The notes under the pieces are model-generated. The model was not told the origin of the DNA. It saw nothing but the letters and a program-made list of their open reading frames with translations, and did no database searches. From a virus, in IMG/VR virus record IMGVR_UViG_3300029922_000013, positions 86,859-150,858 of that record: a stretch of 64,000 nt of DNA. One strand, given 5' to 3'. A program made the translations under genes and the position numbers. Shown here piece after piece: positions 39,317-47,563 of this stretch; position 1 is the stretch's first letter; every line of letters starts with the position of its first letter.

Positions 39317-39805
39317 CTACCATTTCATACTTAGTTGCAACGTTAAAAAGTCTCTACCCACATTTTGATCAAATATACCGGCACTTGATGTGTGACTGTA
39401 ATCCAACCCAATCCCATTTCCGTGCCTATCTCTAACACCAGCGTAAAAATCTGTACTGAATTGTGGAAATCTACCCCCAAGATAGCTGTCTGGGCTGGAG
39501 ATAATAGTCAACCCAGAACCACTCCTAAGTTCTACTGGATGGAGATCGACTTCCAATCCAATTCCTGATGACGCGTAAAGACTACTACTTCTAGTTGGAT
39601 CATTGCTTCCGTCTTTCCAGAAACCTATTTTGTTTTGCCAATAAAGTCCATCCCACAAAAAATTTCTTAGTCCAAGTTCTGCCACTTTAGTTTCGGCGAA
39701 GAAAGTTGAAGCGCTAGGACCCATTCCTACGCCATAACCAACGAATCCTTCGTCTGATTGGCATATAGTAGAAAACAATAGCAAAAGACATATAAATAAC
39801 TTCAT
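39317..39805 (-). CDS. pagL: PagL-like lipid A 3-O-deacylase (outer-membrane beta-barrel)
   Basis: Signal peptide; amphipathic beta-strands; HTSSAGIFDQNVGRD motif; terminal aromatic Trp. Confidence 0.75.
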   Translation of the reverse strand: MKLFICLLLLFSTICQSDEGFVGYGVGMGPSASTFFAETKVAELGLRNFLWDGLYWQNKIGFWKDGSNDPTRSSSLYASSGIGLEVDLHPVELRSGSGLTIISSPDSYLGGRFPQFSTDFYAGVRDRHGNGIGLDYSHTSSAGIFDQNVGRDFLTLQLSMKW

Positions 39806-39808
39806 TTA

Positions 39809-39955
39809 TTACCGACGATTATAGTTATAGTTTGGCAATTCTTCACATTCGTATAAATCGTTACCAATGGCCACGCAATTCTTTGCTTTGATCTTTGTCA
39901 CACTAGAACAAGCAACTACAAAAAGTAGTGCGATAAAAATAATAACATTTTTCAT
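39809..39955 (-). CDS. Small lipoprotein
   Basis: MKNVIIFIALLFVVAC lipobox; two further Cys. Confidence 0.65.
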   Translation of the reverse strand: MKNVIIFIALLFVVACSSVTKIKAKNCVAIGNDLYECEELPNYNYNRR

Positions 39956-40329
39956 ATTTTTTCCTTTTCTATAACACCGTCTAAAATCCACTGATTGAAA
40001 AGCTCTTTTTTAACTCTTCTAGGTTGAGATCGGTGCATCCATTGTCCCGATAATGTGTTGGTTACATATAAATCATTCGTTGCTTTACAAAAGACTTCTG
40101 CTTCACAAACATAGTACGTTACAGCGTCCAGTTGTATTCTGAGTCGATAACAATCATTACTGGGGACTGGAGTCAAAACAGATACTCCATTTCTATCTTT
40201 TAATGAATGGAGCACTTGTTCAAATCCTCTACCAATCACAAAATGAAGCGGATTTCCGTAATAGATTTCTCCCTTTTTAGGGGGTACAAGCAACAATTTG
40301 ATCTTATTTATCCACTTAAAAGACATCAA
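39952..40329 (-). CDS. Hypothetical protein
   Basis: Overlap-coupled ORF. Confidence 0.5.
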   Translation of the reverse strand: MMSFKWINKIKLLLVPPKKGEIYYGNPLHFVIGRGFEQVLHSLKDRNGVSVLTPVPSNDCYRLRIQLDAVTYYVCEAEVFCKATNDLYVTNTLSGQWMHRSQPRRVKKELFNQWILDGVIEKEKI

Positions 40330-40664
40330 ATCACCGTATTGGTGTAGGCATCCACAATAGATTGGCGAAGTTTGTTGAGTGAGCTAAGGTCACCAGCATC
40401 AAGCCCTTCGGTGAGCTTATTCAAAGCCCTGGCTACTGCATAGGTTGTAACAGAACCATTATCCTTATTCAGGATAAGACCACCTCCGCGCCCACGCCTC
40501 ACATTCACAAGTCCTGCAAGACGCAGTTTACGTGTGATCTGTTGAAGAAAATGAAAGGAAACGTTTAGCTTCCTAGAAATCTCTACAACTGTCACTGGAT
40601 TTTCCTTGTCCTTAAGATAACTTACTGTTTCTACTGCAATTTCCAAATCTCGTCCCAATTTCAT
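40326..40664 (-). CDS. Rrf2-family winged-helix transcription regulator
   Basis: EISRKLNVSFHFLQQITRKLRLAGLVNVRRGRGGG signature; AGGAG RBS. Confidence 0.85.
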   Translation of the reverse strand: MKLGRDLEIAVETVSYLKDKENPVTVVEISRKLNVSFHFLQQITRKLRLAGLVNVRRGRGGGLILNKDNGSVTTYAVARALNKLTEGLDAGDLSSLNKLRQSIVDAYTNTVI

Positions 40665-40699
40665 ACTATTCTCCTTTGTTTAATTACCTATCTCACACT

Positions 40700-41107
40700 C
40701 TACTTGGTCTTTTTCAAGATGTCAAGGGATTTCTTTACATCTGATTCGGTTAGTCCAATAAAAGAATTCGTTTGAACTAGATGATCTAGCACTTTATCCA
40801 TATCTGCCTTGTTGTCTAGGATAACGAAAGCTTCTGGCTTATGGTCCTTGATCCATCTTTCGATGTGATGCCCTCTGTTGTTTCTTTTTGCTCCATCTGT
40901 GGTGTCAACGACTCGTTCTGAATCTACACCCTGTTTTTCCAACATCCCTTTGCAGAATTTCAAACCTCTATGGCGCCAACTAGAGGAAACGACGATCTTA
41001 AGATCAGGTTCCTTCTTAAGAAGCCTATTTAGATTCTTTATAGCAGATGGAGAAAACTTGTCTCCGATTCGTAGGACACCGTCAAAATCACAGAAGCATA
41101 TTTTCAT
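40700..41107 (-). CDS. HAD-family phosphatase (Swiss-Army-knife RNA-repair-like HAD)
   Basis: FCDFDGVL, IVVSSSWR, RG..I..W, FVILD, GLT motifs. Confidence 0.8.
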   Translation of the reverse strand: MKICFCDFDGVLRIGDKFSPSAIKNLNRLLKKEPDLKIVVSSSWRHRGLKFCKGMLEKQGVDSERVVDTTDGAKRNNRGHHIERWIKDHKPEAFVILDNKADMDKVLDHLVQTNSFIGLTESDVKKSLDILKKTK

Positions 41108-41367
41108 ATCGCATCTCCAGGGTAAGTGTCGGGTTTTCCCAAAACCTCAGTGTATTTGTAAAATTGTACCATTCTAGCTATGGTGTTCAAGGTCTCTGGA
41201 GACCATCCATCCACTTCACCGATCCAAAAAGCAACCACTATAATTGGAGTGTGAATGGCCGTGGCTATAATAGAAGCTGCTTCTGCAGGTTTTCCGTTCC
41301 CTTTTTCCAAATACCACTTTTGAACGAAAGCTCTTCCTACCTTATAATCATCGATATTAACTTTCAT
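41104..41367 (-). CDS. Hypothetical protein
   Basis: ATGA-coupled on both sides. Confidence 0.5.
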   Translation of the reverse strand: MKVNIDDYKVGRAFVQKWYLEKGNGKPAEAASIIATAIHTPIIVVAFWIGEVDGWSPETLNTIARMVQFYKYTEVLGKPDTYPGDAI

Positions 41368-42509
41368 GACTTCTTTCCATGCGGTGTTCCTTCGAAATAT
41401 CCCGCACCAGAAACTCTTACAAATTGTGCCTTTTCTTGGAACTCCTTCAAATTGGTCGCTCCCACATAAGAGAACGCGCTTCTTAGTCCACCCTCAATAT
41501 TCTGGAGTATGTCCTTAACAGATCCTTTATAAGGTACATAAAAAGCTTCACCTTCAGCAGTACGCCATTGAGCTTCCTTCCCTTGTGCTTCATAGGATTC
41601 CTTGGAGGCTGATCCACGGTATTTCTTGAAAGCTGGCAGATCAATCGGGTAGGTTTTATCCAAAACTTGCAGGCCATCAGTCATTCTTACTGGGTACACC
41701 GACTTTTCAGGATAATAGAAACCTTTGCTTTTCCAAACTTTCTCTCCAGGACTCTCGTCAGTCCCAGCAAAGAAAGAGCCGCTCATAACCATGTGAGCAC
41801 CTGCGGCTAGGGCTTTTGCAACATCCCCAGAATTTTTCATTCCTCCGTCAGCGATGACAGAAATATTGGTATCAAAAAGTACTTCAGAAATTTCCAAAAT
41901 TGCACTCAATTGGGGATATCCGCAGCCAGTCTGAGTGCGTGTAGAACAGGCGCTTCCTGGTCCGATACCAACTTTTATCCCTTCAATCTCATATCCACCG
42001 TCTAAATGGTGCATGAAATCTTCCACGCTATCTGCGGTGGCAAAATTACCGACAATAATGGACAAATCTTTTTTAAAAAGTTTTCGAAGCTCTTTAACCT
42101 GATTCACCACGCTCATACTCGCTCCATGAGCCACATCAATCACCACAGTATAAGCTCCGGCATGAGATAAAGCTTCAGCTCTTTCAAGCTCCGCATTGCC
42201 CAATCCAATCGAAACCATGGGTAATTGAGGTCCCATACGATCACGGGGCTCTACTAGATAGCTGTCCTTGAACATTGTTACATTGTCTTCTATAGAACAG
42301 AATCTATGAAGACATCCAATTCCACCGCCCTTTAGCATCGCTCTCGCCATTTCCGGGCCTGTTACAGAATCCATGTTAGCTGAAATGATTGGCAATCTCA
42401 AGTAGGGCAATCCATCTGGACTAGAGGTTAAATCCACGTCTTTTCGGCTAGTAATGGTAGAAAATTTAGGTGTAATCAGAACATCGTCAAAAGTCAATAG
42501 TTCTTTCAT
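41364..42509 (-). CDS. GMP reductase / IMP dehydrogenase family protein without CBS domains
   Basis: LTFDDVLI, ISANMDSVT, IDVAHG, GIGPGSACSTR catalytic Cys loop, IADGG, YRGSAS; GAGGA RBS before 42509. Confidence 0.85.
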   Translation of the reverse strand: MKELLTFDDVLITPKFSTITSRKDVDLTSSPDGLPYLRLPIISANMDSVTGPEMARAMLKGGGIGCLHRFCSIEDNVTMFKDSYLVEPRDRMGPQLPMVSIGLGNAELERAEALSHAGAYTVVIDVAHGASMSVVNQVKELRKLFKKDLSIIVGNFATADSVEDFMHHLDGGYEIEGIKVGIGPGSACSTRTQTGCGYPQLSAILEISEVLFDTNISVIADGGMKNSGDVAKALAAGAHMVMSGSFFAGTDESPGEKVWKSKGFYYPEKSVYPVRMTDGLQVLDKTYPIDLPAFKKYRGSASKESYEAQGKEAQWRTAEGEAFYVPYKGSVKDILQNIEGGLRSAFSYVGATNLKEFQEKAQFVRVSGAGYFEGTPHGKKS

Positions 42510-42561
42510 TAAGTAATCCTCATATATCAACATTTACATATTAAATCGAATTTGTCAAGAA

Positions 42562-42909
42562 CTATTTCCAGGGCATGCTCCACTTGAGATTCAAGCTGTA
42601 GGAATTGGTAGTTATCCTGTTGCTAGCAGACTCGCAAACTCCAAATGTGGGTAGCCTGAACTCTATACTACGGTCTCTGACTACTTTATAGACATAAGCT
42701 ACACTACCAATAGCCCCAACGGTTTCTTGCCCCAGATACTTTACAGATGTCTTGGTAGCATAGTTAGTCATGTAGTTTTCAAGTTTTTCATCAGTTTGAA
42801 ACAACTGAACTTGTTTAGTACTAGCTTCTAAAGCTTTGGAGCACGCATCCATGTGCCCAGGACTCAGATCGGTGCACGCTAAGCTGATGGCCACAGCTAC
42901 TAAAGACAT
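42562..42909 (-). CDS. Hypothetical protein, possibly exported
   Basis: Hydrophobic N-terminus followed by Cys. Confidence 0.5.
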   Translation of the reverse strand: MSLVAVAISLACTDLSPGHMDACSKALEASTKQVQLFQTDEKLENYMTNYATKTSVKYLGQETVGAIGSVAYVYKVVRDRSIEFRLPTFGVCESASNRITTNSYSLNLKWSMPWK

Positions 42910-43133
42910 TAGTCCTCCTGGAATACTTCTTCGTCAAGATCATCCAAATAAAGGGATTCCGAATCTTCAGACCATTCTTTGTACGTATCGCCTTTACTTA
43001 CAATACGCTCAGATAACTCGAATAGGTGCTGTCTGTTGTCATCATTTTCGTCTTGGATTGTTTCTCCAATAGCTCTAAAAGCCTCTTTATCAGTCATTTT
43101 TCCAAGTTGCCACTCCGAGCAAATTTTACACAT
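42909..43133 (-). CDS. Small acidic CxxC protein
   Basis: MCKIC start; acidic tail. Confidence 0.55.
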   Translation of the reverse strand: MCKICSEWQLGKMTDKEAFRAIGETIQDENDDNRQHLFELSERIVSKGDTYKEWSEDSESLYLDDLDEEVFQED

Positions 43134-43373
43134 TCAGTCATTCCCCATATTCCAAGACATACCCTTCATTCTCATATCTTCTGGATCATCTTCTTCACTT
43201 TTCGTAAAAGGAGGAGCGCCGGCATAAGTGTCTATTTTCGTTTTAGAAAGATCCTTAACAGACATTTCCTTGTCACCACACACGCTGCACTTAATGCCTT
43301 CTAAAGAAGCAGCGCTATAGATGTGCTTTTCAGTTCTATGGCCACAATACTTACAAATAATTTCTACATCCAT
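43134..43373 (-). CDS. Zinc-ribbon protein (FmdB-like)
   Basis: CKYCGH...CSVCG. Confidence 0.6.
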   Translation of the reverse strand: MDVEIICKYCGHRTEKHIYSAASLEGIKCSVCGDKEMSVKDLSKTKIDTYAGAPPFTKSEEDDPEDMRMKGMSWNMGND

Positions 43374-43708
43374 TAGTTTTCACCATAGACTATGTCGCTA
43401 AAAAGGGCAACAATATTAGCGGACAAGGTTCTAACCAAAAGATTGAAAGTTGGGTCTTCCTGAGTTTGTATCTTGATCTCTCTATCAAAATAGGTAGGAC
43501 ATACCTTAACTGCTTTATCGAGTAGGTCTCTTCCTTTATCTTCATCTCCCATAGCATACCAGTCTGCAGCAAGGCAGACGTATCCTTTGGCCATCAAATC
43601 ACTCGGAAAAGTAACAGCCTTAGATTCAAAATATTCTTCAAGTCCAATGAGTTCTTCAGCTATTTTGAGATGCTCTTCTGGTACATCACCGTGTAGTTTA
43701 TGCTTCAT
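43373..43708 (-). CDS. Helical (TPR-like) hypothetical protein
   Basis: Probable start MKHKLHG overlapping the upstream gene end. Confidence 0.5.
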   Translation of the reverse strand: MKHKLHGDVPEEHLKIAEELIGLEEYFESKAVTFPSDLMAKGYVCLAADWYAMGDEDKGRDLLDKAVKVCPTYFDREIKIQTQEDPTFNLLVRTLSANIVALFSDIVYGEN

Positions 43709-44027
43709 ATGGGAGCTTCTCAAGCTTATAAAAACCACCCTCAGTCTCAAAAGTGATCGTATCGCTAGTGGCATCCAGAACTTTCACAATAGGACTGGTT
43801 CGAATGTAATCCGTATAATTCCGACTATTCACTTTAACACCTGGCAGTCCCAATTCCTTGACATTTACGATTTGAAGCGATCCAGTCATAGTATCGCCAT
43901 CTGAAACATAGAAGTTGTATAGTTTACTTCCTGTTTTGGTCAACTTATAAGTCGCGTCAGCTGGCAAGTTCTTAAATTCTGTAGGTGTTACATCTAGAAC
44001 TGCTTCGTGAATCTTAATTGTACTCAT
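43698..44027 (-). CDS. Hypothetical protein
   Basis: Probable start MSTIKIH after AAGGGA. Confidence 0.5.
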   Translation of the reverse strand: MSTIKIHEAVLDVTPTEFKNLPADATYKLTKTGSKLYNFYVSDGDTMTGSLQIVNVKELGLPGVKVNSRNYTDYIRTSPIVKVLDATSDTITFETEGGFYKLEKLPYEA

Positions 44028-44028
44028 A

Positions 44029-44274
44029 TTATCCCTTCTCGATTTCCATTTGGTCCATAGCAACAACTTTGCCATTAATATTTGTGACTAGCAAATCTAT
44101 CCAGTACCCATCCATGGGATCTGGATTCTCCTTCGTGTAAGTTTCTACGAAAGAGAGAGCTTTTTTAAGGTCTTTAAACACTTTTACTTTTTGAATGCTG
44201 TTGTCAACATATACGACAATATTCTTACCGCTTGGCTTTATTGTCTTTTTTGCTTTTAGCTTTTTCTTTGCCAT
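44029..44274 (-). CDS. Hypothetical protein
   Basis: Co-oriented ORF with AAGGA RBS. Confidence 0.5.
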   Translation of the reverse strand: MAKKKLKAKKTIKPSGKNIVVYVDNSIQKVKVFKDLKKALSFVETYTKENPDPMDGYWIDLLVTNINGKVVAMDQMEIEKG

Positions 44275-44432
44275 CTTTATTTTCCTTCGGTTTGATCAAC
44301 TTCTTATTTTTGTCGAAAAACTTTAAAGTGAGAGTCTTATCCTCATTTATATCTAAAGAGTAATATACTACTTTGGAAATGTCAATCAGATTTTTGAACT
44401 TACTCAGAAGAACTTTTCCGGTGGAGGGTACT

Positions 44433-45563
44433 TTAATGGTTGTCGCTATTGGTTTTGTCATCCAAATAATCCTCACTTATCCACTTCAAAGCCTTCTTGT
44501 TGCCCTCAATACTATAATCAGTGGCAGCCTTAATTACAATACCTTCCCTGACCTTGGTATTAGGGTCGTATACGCTAGGACCTTTGGTTAACCCATAGGC
44601 AAGTTCCTTGTTGTACGGACCTTTGTGCAGGACTGGAACGTACTCAAACCCACGTTCTTTAGCAAAGACTTCTACGTCCCCTGGATTAAGCCAGGTTTGC
44701 TTGCCATCTGGTTGAAGTACTTTGACATCAAACAGCACAAAATGGTATTCCTTGAGGCTATAGTCGTAATTGGCCTGAATCCCTGGCCCAATAATCTCTC
44801 CGTAGACCGTTTCACCTAGTTTAAGTTTACTAAACACGTCAATTGATCTGAACGTTTGTCCCCAAACATCTTCTGAATAGAAATGCTTATTGTCGCGACC
44901 TACAGCTTTTTGGACATTATTAGACCCATAACATTGTTCCTGTTTAGGGGCCAGACCAAGGAACTTAACTATCTTACGCCACAGAGTGTTGGTTTGGTAA
45001 GGCAGTAAGGATGCCCGTGCATTCGTACCGTGCAATTTGCACTGAATAACGACTTCTTCACCTTCTTTAAACAAATTAGGTAGCCAGCGTATGGAATCAA
45101 GCCCGTTATATTTGTGGAATAATGGGTGTTCGTAAGGCTTATTCCTTTGCTTATCTTTACCTATAGTTGTTGAAGGACCCTTAACTGGAGGTTCGTACTT
45201 GATAACACCCAAAGCTTCTGCTAAGTTGTCTTCGAAACGAACCTTCTTAAAATCTACCTTATCTCTTACATCAGTAGTGTCCAGCAGCATTCCTTGCGAA
45301 GCGAGCCCTCTCAACCGTATCTGACGCACCCTGCTTCCATTTAATTTTACTTTAGATTCTGGGGGGAAGATTCGATCCTCTAGCCATTTCGGGAGCACAG
45401 AGTCAATCGGAATTAGAATTACGCTATCTCCCACTTTATATTGGGACTTTCTGACTACAATCTGGAATCCGTACACAACTGCGACCTCAAGTTTTTCCGC
45501 GTTATTATGCGGGTTAATTTCCAAAATCTTGGTCAATGGTACTTTAAAATCAGTTTCAGACAT
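44433..45563 (-). CDS. ATP-dependent RNA ligase, DRB0094/Rnl5-like, with N-terminal OB domain
   Basis: INPHNNAEKLE...IRLRGLASQG OB domain; motifs KLHGT, YGEIIG, FVLFDV, REGIVIK, LKWISEDYL. Confidence 0.88.
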   Translation of the reverse strand: MSETDFKVPLTKILEINPHNNAEKLEVAVVYGFQIVVRKSQYKVGDSVILIPIDSVLPKWLEDRIFPPESKVKLNGSRVRQIRLRGLASQGMLLDTTDVRDKVDFKKVRFEDNLAEALGVIKYEPPVKGPSTTIGKDKQRNKPYEHPLFHKYNGLDSIRWLPNLFKEGEEVVIQCKLHGTNARASLLPYQTNTLWRKIVKFLGLAPKQEQCYGSNNVQKAVGRDNKHFYSEDVWGQTFRSIDVFSKLKLGETVYGEIIGPGIQANYDYSLKEYHFVLFDVKVLQPDGKQTWLNPGDVEVFAKERGFEYVPVLHKGPYNKELAYGLTKGPSVYDPNTKVREGIVIKAATDYSIEGNKKALKWISEDYLDDKTNSDNH

Positions 45564-45598
45564 ATTTGCTCCTATTCAACATTCTAACATCATTTTTA

Positions 45599-45681
45599 CG
45601 TGGGCCGGTTTGAGATCCCTCCAGGCATGTCAACCAGCCATGTCCATCAACGGGATTGCGCCACGGGAAGGACTACCTTCC
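45599..45681 (-). ncRNA. Candidate cis-regulatory structured RNA (kink-turn plus pseudoknot, c-di-GMP-II-like topology)
   Basis: Nested stems CGUGG/CCACG and AUCCC/GGGAU; 3-nt bulge plus tandem G.A/A.G; loop GCUGGUUGA complementary to UCAAACCGGC. Confidence 0.55.
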
Positions 45682-45687
45682 AATTCT

Positions 45688-46551
45688 TTAGAAATTACCT
45701 TCTGCTACTTGAAAAACCGTTAGCCCACGTTGACGTAACATTTTAACTACTTGGTTTCGATCATCTAAACAAAAATAAACATCGAAGCGGGTCAACACTT
45801 CAAAATCAAGCATTATTTCCTTCACAATATTATCCGGCCTAGAATCACTTCTAGGCCGCATAAACAAAAGACCATGCGGAGCGCTATTATCTTTTAGCCA
45901 ATCTTGCGTCTGCTTACGCCAGTTATCCGGTCTACCAGAGCAATATACAACTCCGTGGCTCTTAGAAAAGTTCTTTAGTAGGTCCATTACAGGCCAATTT
46001 ACTGTGTCGTCTGCCATTCCTTTAAAAAAACCGTTCCAGTCTTTTTTGCATTCTCCTCGAACAAAATGACGTCTATGTTCCACATCGCATAGAGTCCCGT
46101 CTAAATCTGACCAAATCACTGGTTCTTTAAAACCCTCAGGCCACACCCTAGTCACGGTGTCCGCTTCCGAATCTTGCACGCGCTCATACTTGGAAAAGAA
46201 CATGTTTAGAGCATTGCTAGCATCAGCTTCTACTTTAATCGTTTCATGGTCCTTACGGGCTAGACAACGATCAAAGCAGGTCTTAAAAGACTCATGGAGA
46301 ACGATAATTTCAGTCTGATAGCCCTTTCCTTTGGCTGGATTAAGATAGCGATCTCTCTGGATTTTATTAAAGTTGAGCCTATCGATCACAATATCTTTGC
46401 CGTCTTGGATGGCTTGATGGAATAGAACCAGATGTTCTTTTTGTTGGGAATCTTGATTGATGTAGATATAGCCTTCGTTGCGAGCTAGGGCTTTAGCCTT
46501 AGAACTCTTACCGCTGCCAGGTGGGCCTACCATTAGGATTAACTTGCTCAT
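45688..46551 (-). CDS. pseT: Polynucleotide 5'-kinase / 3'-phosphatase
   Basis: P-loop GPPGSGKS; HAD motifs DLDGTL, SGR, LDDR. Confidence 0.88.
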   Translation of the reverse strand: MSKLILMVGPPGSGKSSKAKALARNEGYIYINQDSQQKEHLVLFHQAIQDGKDIVIDRLNFNKIQRDRYLNPAKGKGYQTEIIVLHESFKTCFDRCLARKDHETIKVEADASNALNMFFSKYERVQDSEADTVTRVWPEGFKEPVIWSDLDGTLCDVEHRRHFVRGECKKDWNGFFKGMADDTVNWPVMDLLKNFSKSHGVVYCSGRPDNWRKQTQDWLKDNSAPHGLLFMRPRSDSRPDNIVKEIMLDFEVLTRFDVYFCLDDRNQVVKMLRQRGLTVFQVAEGNF

Positions 46552-46558
46552 ACATACC

Positions 46559-46586
46559 ATCCTACCCAAACTTTTATAAAAGTCAA
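46559..46586 (-). promoter_or_regulatory. Sigma70-like promoter for the PNK-ligase unit
   Basis: TTGACT-16 nt-TAGGAT. Confidence 0.5.
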
Positions 46587-47563
46587 CCTCTTTTTACGAT
46601 ATCTGAATAAACTTCATAAATAAAGTTGTCGGCCCATTCCTTGTCTGGTGTGTCGCGGAGGGTAGATTTTAGCTGAGTTTCTTTAAGTAGTTCTAGACCG
46701 TTCTCAATGATTTCTGCAGTTTCTTTATATGGAATCTGTCCCAATTTAACCTTGAGCAAAAGTTCTCTATCTGGTCTAGGGAACGTAATATGTCCTGTCT
46801 GGAGTAGTTCCAAAGCTTCACTATTTACACGAATGGCATGACTACACGCTTTTTGATCCACGCCCTGGTTGTTCTCAGCGAGTAGCGCTCTCTTGCCGTA
46901 TTCATCAAATTTACGTTGAATTTGTGATTTCACATACTTCACGCTAGCATGATAGGGATACTTTTTATCACATACCTCTAGATGAGGCTCTAGAGTTCCA
47001 TTAGGTGCTTTACATTGTGTTACCTTTATGTACTCATTCTGGCAAGTTTTAATAAAGTTATCTACGTCAGTTGCGCCTAATTCCATATATTCTGGGAGAT
47101 CTTTTAGCCATTCTAGGGTGGCTCTAAGTGCATGAATTCTAAAGCCTTTTAGCCCATATTTTTGAGCTTGAGTTTTCGCGTAACCGATGAAAGCACAAAC
47201 GTTTCTAGTCAGAAGCTTTTCTCTATTTTCATAGATAGGAGAAATTATGAAAGAATTGGCTCCTATGGAGCTATATTTAGAAGCTCTAAATTCTGGAGAA
47301 AACAAAACATCCAGGGCTACGGTTTGGCCTTCCATTAATAATTCTAAAAAACGATCTAAGCTAAAGATCTCAATATCAATGTCGTCTTTCGTATTACGCT
47401 CACAATCAGCTTTTGGTCGAGTTTTTTGAATGGTCTTCTTATAGTTTCCTAATACGATTTCTCTTGGACTTGGAAGGTATATAGCTTTGTAGTCCAAATC
47501 GGATTCTGGGGTATCTGTCCCGTAAAGATGACTGCCGAACTTAATGCGTAATATTTCATTCAT
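46583..47563 (-). CDS. Pol-beta superfamily nucleotidyltransferase (RlaP / T4 NrdC.11-like)
   Basis: FGSHLYGTDTPESDLDYKAIY motif; C-terminal KACSHAIR...ELLQTG. Confidence 0.82.
   Translation of the reverse strand: MNEILRIKFGSHLYGTDTPESDLDYKAIYLPSPREIVLGNYKKTIQKTRPKADCERNTKDDIDIEIFSLDRFLELLMEGQTVALDVLFSPEFRASKYSSIGANSFIISPIYENREKLLTRNVCAFIGYAKTQAQKYGLKGFRIHALRATLEWLKDLPEYMELGATDVDNFIKTCQNEYIKVTQCKAPNGTLEPHLEVCDKKYPYHASVKYVKSQIQRKFDEYGKRALLAENNQGVDQKACSHAIRVNSEALELLQTGHITFPRPDRELLLKVKLGQIPYKETAEIIENGLELLKETQLKSTLRDTPDKEWADNFIYEVYSDIVKRG

Noticed and set aside
45599-45665. HDV-like, hammerhead, twister or pistol ribozyme
   Set aside because: A pseudoknot is present, but the catalytic cores (P1.1 GG and L3, CUGAUGA/GAAA, twister or pistol conserved loops) are absent.
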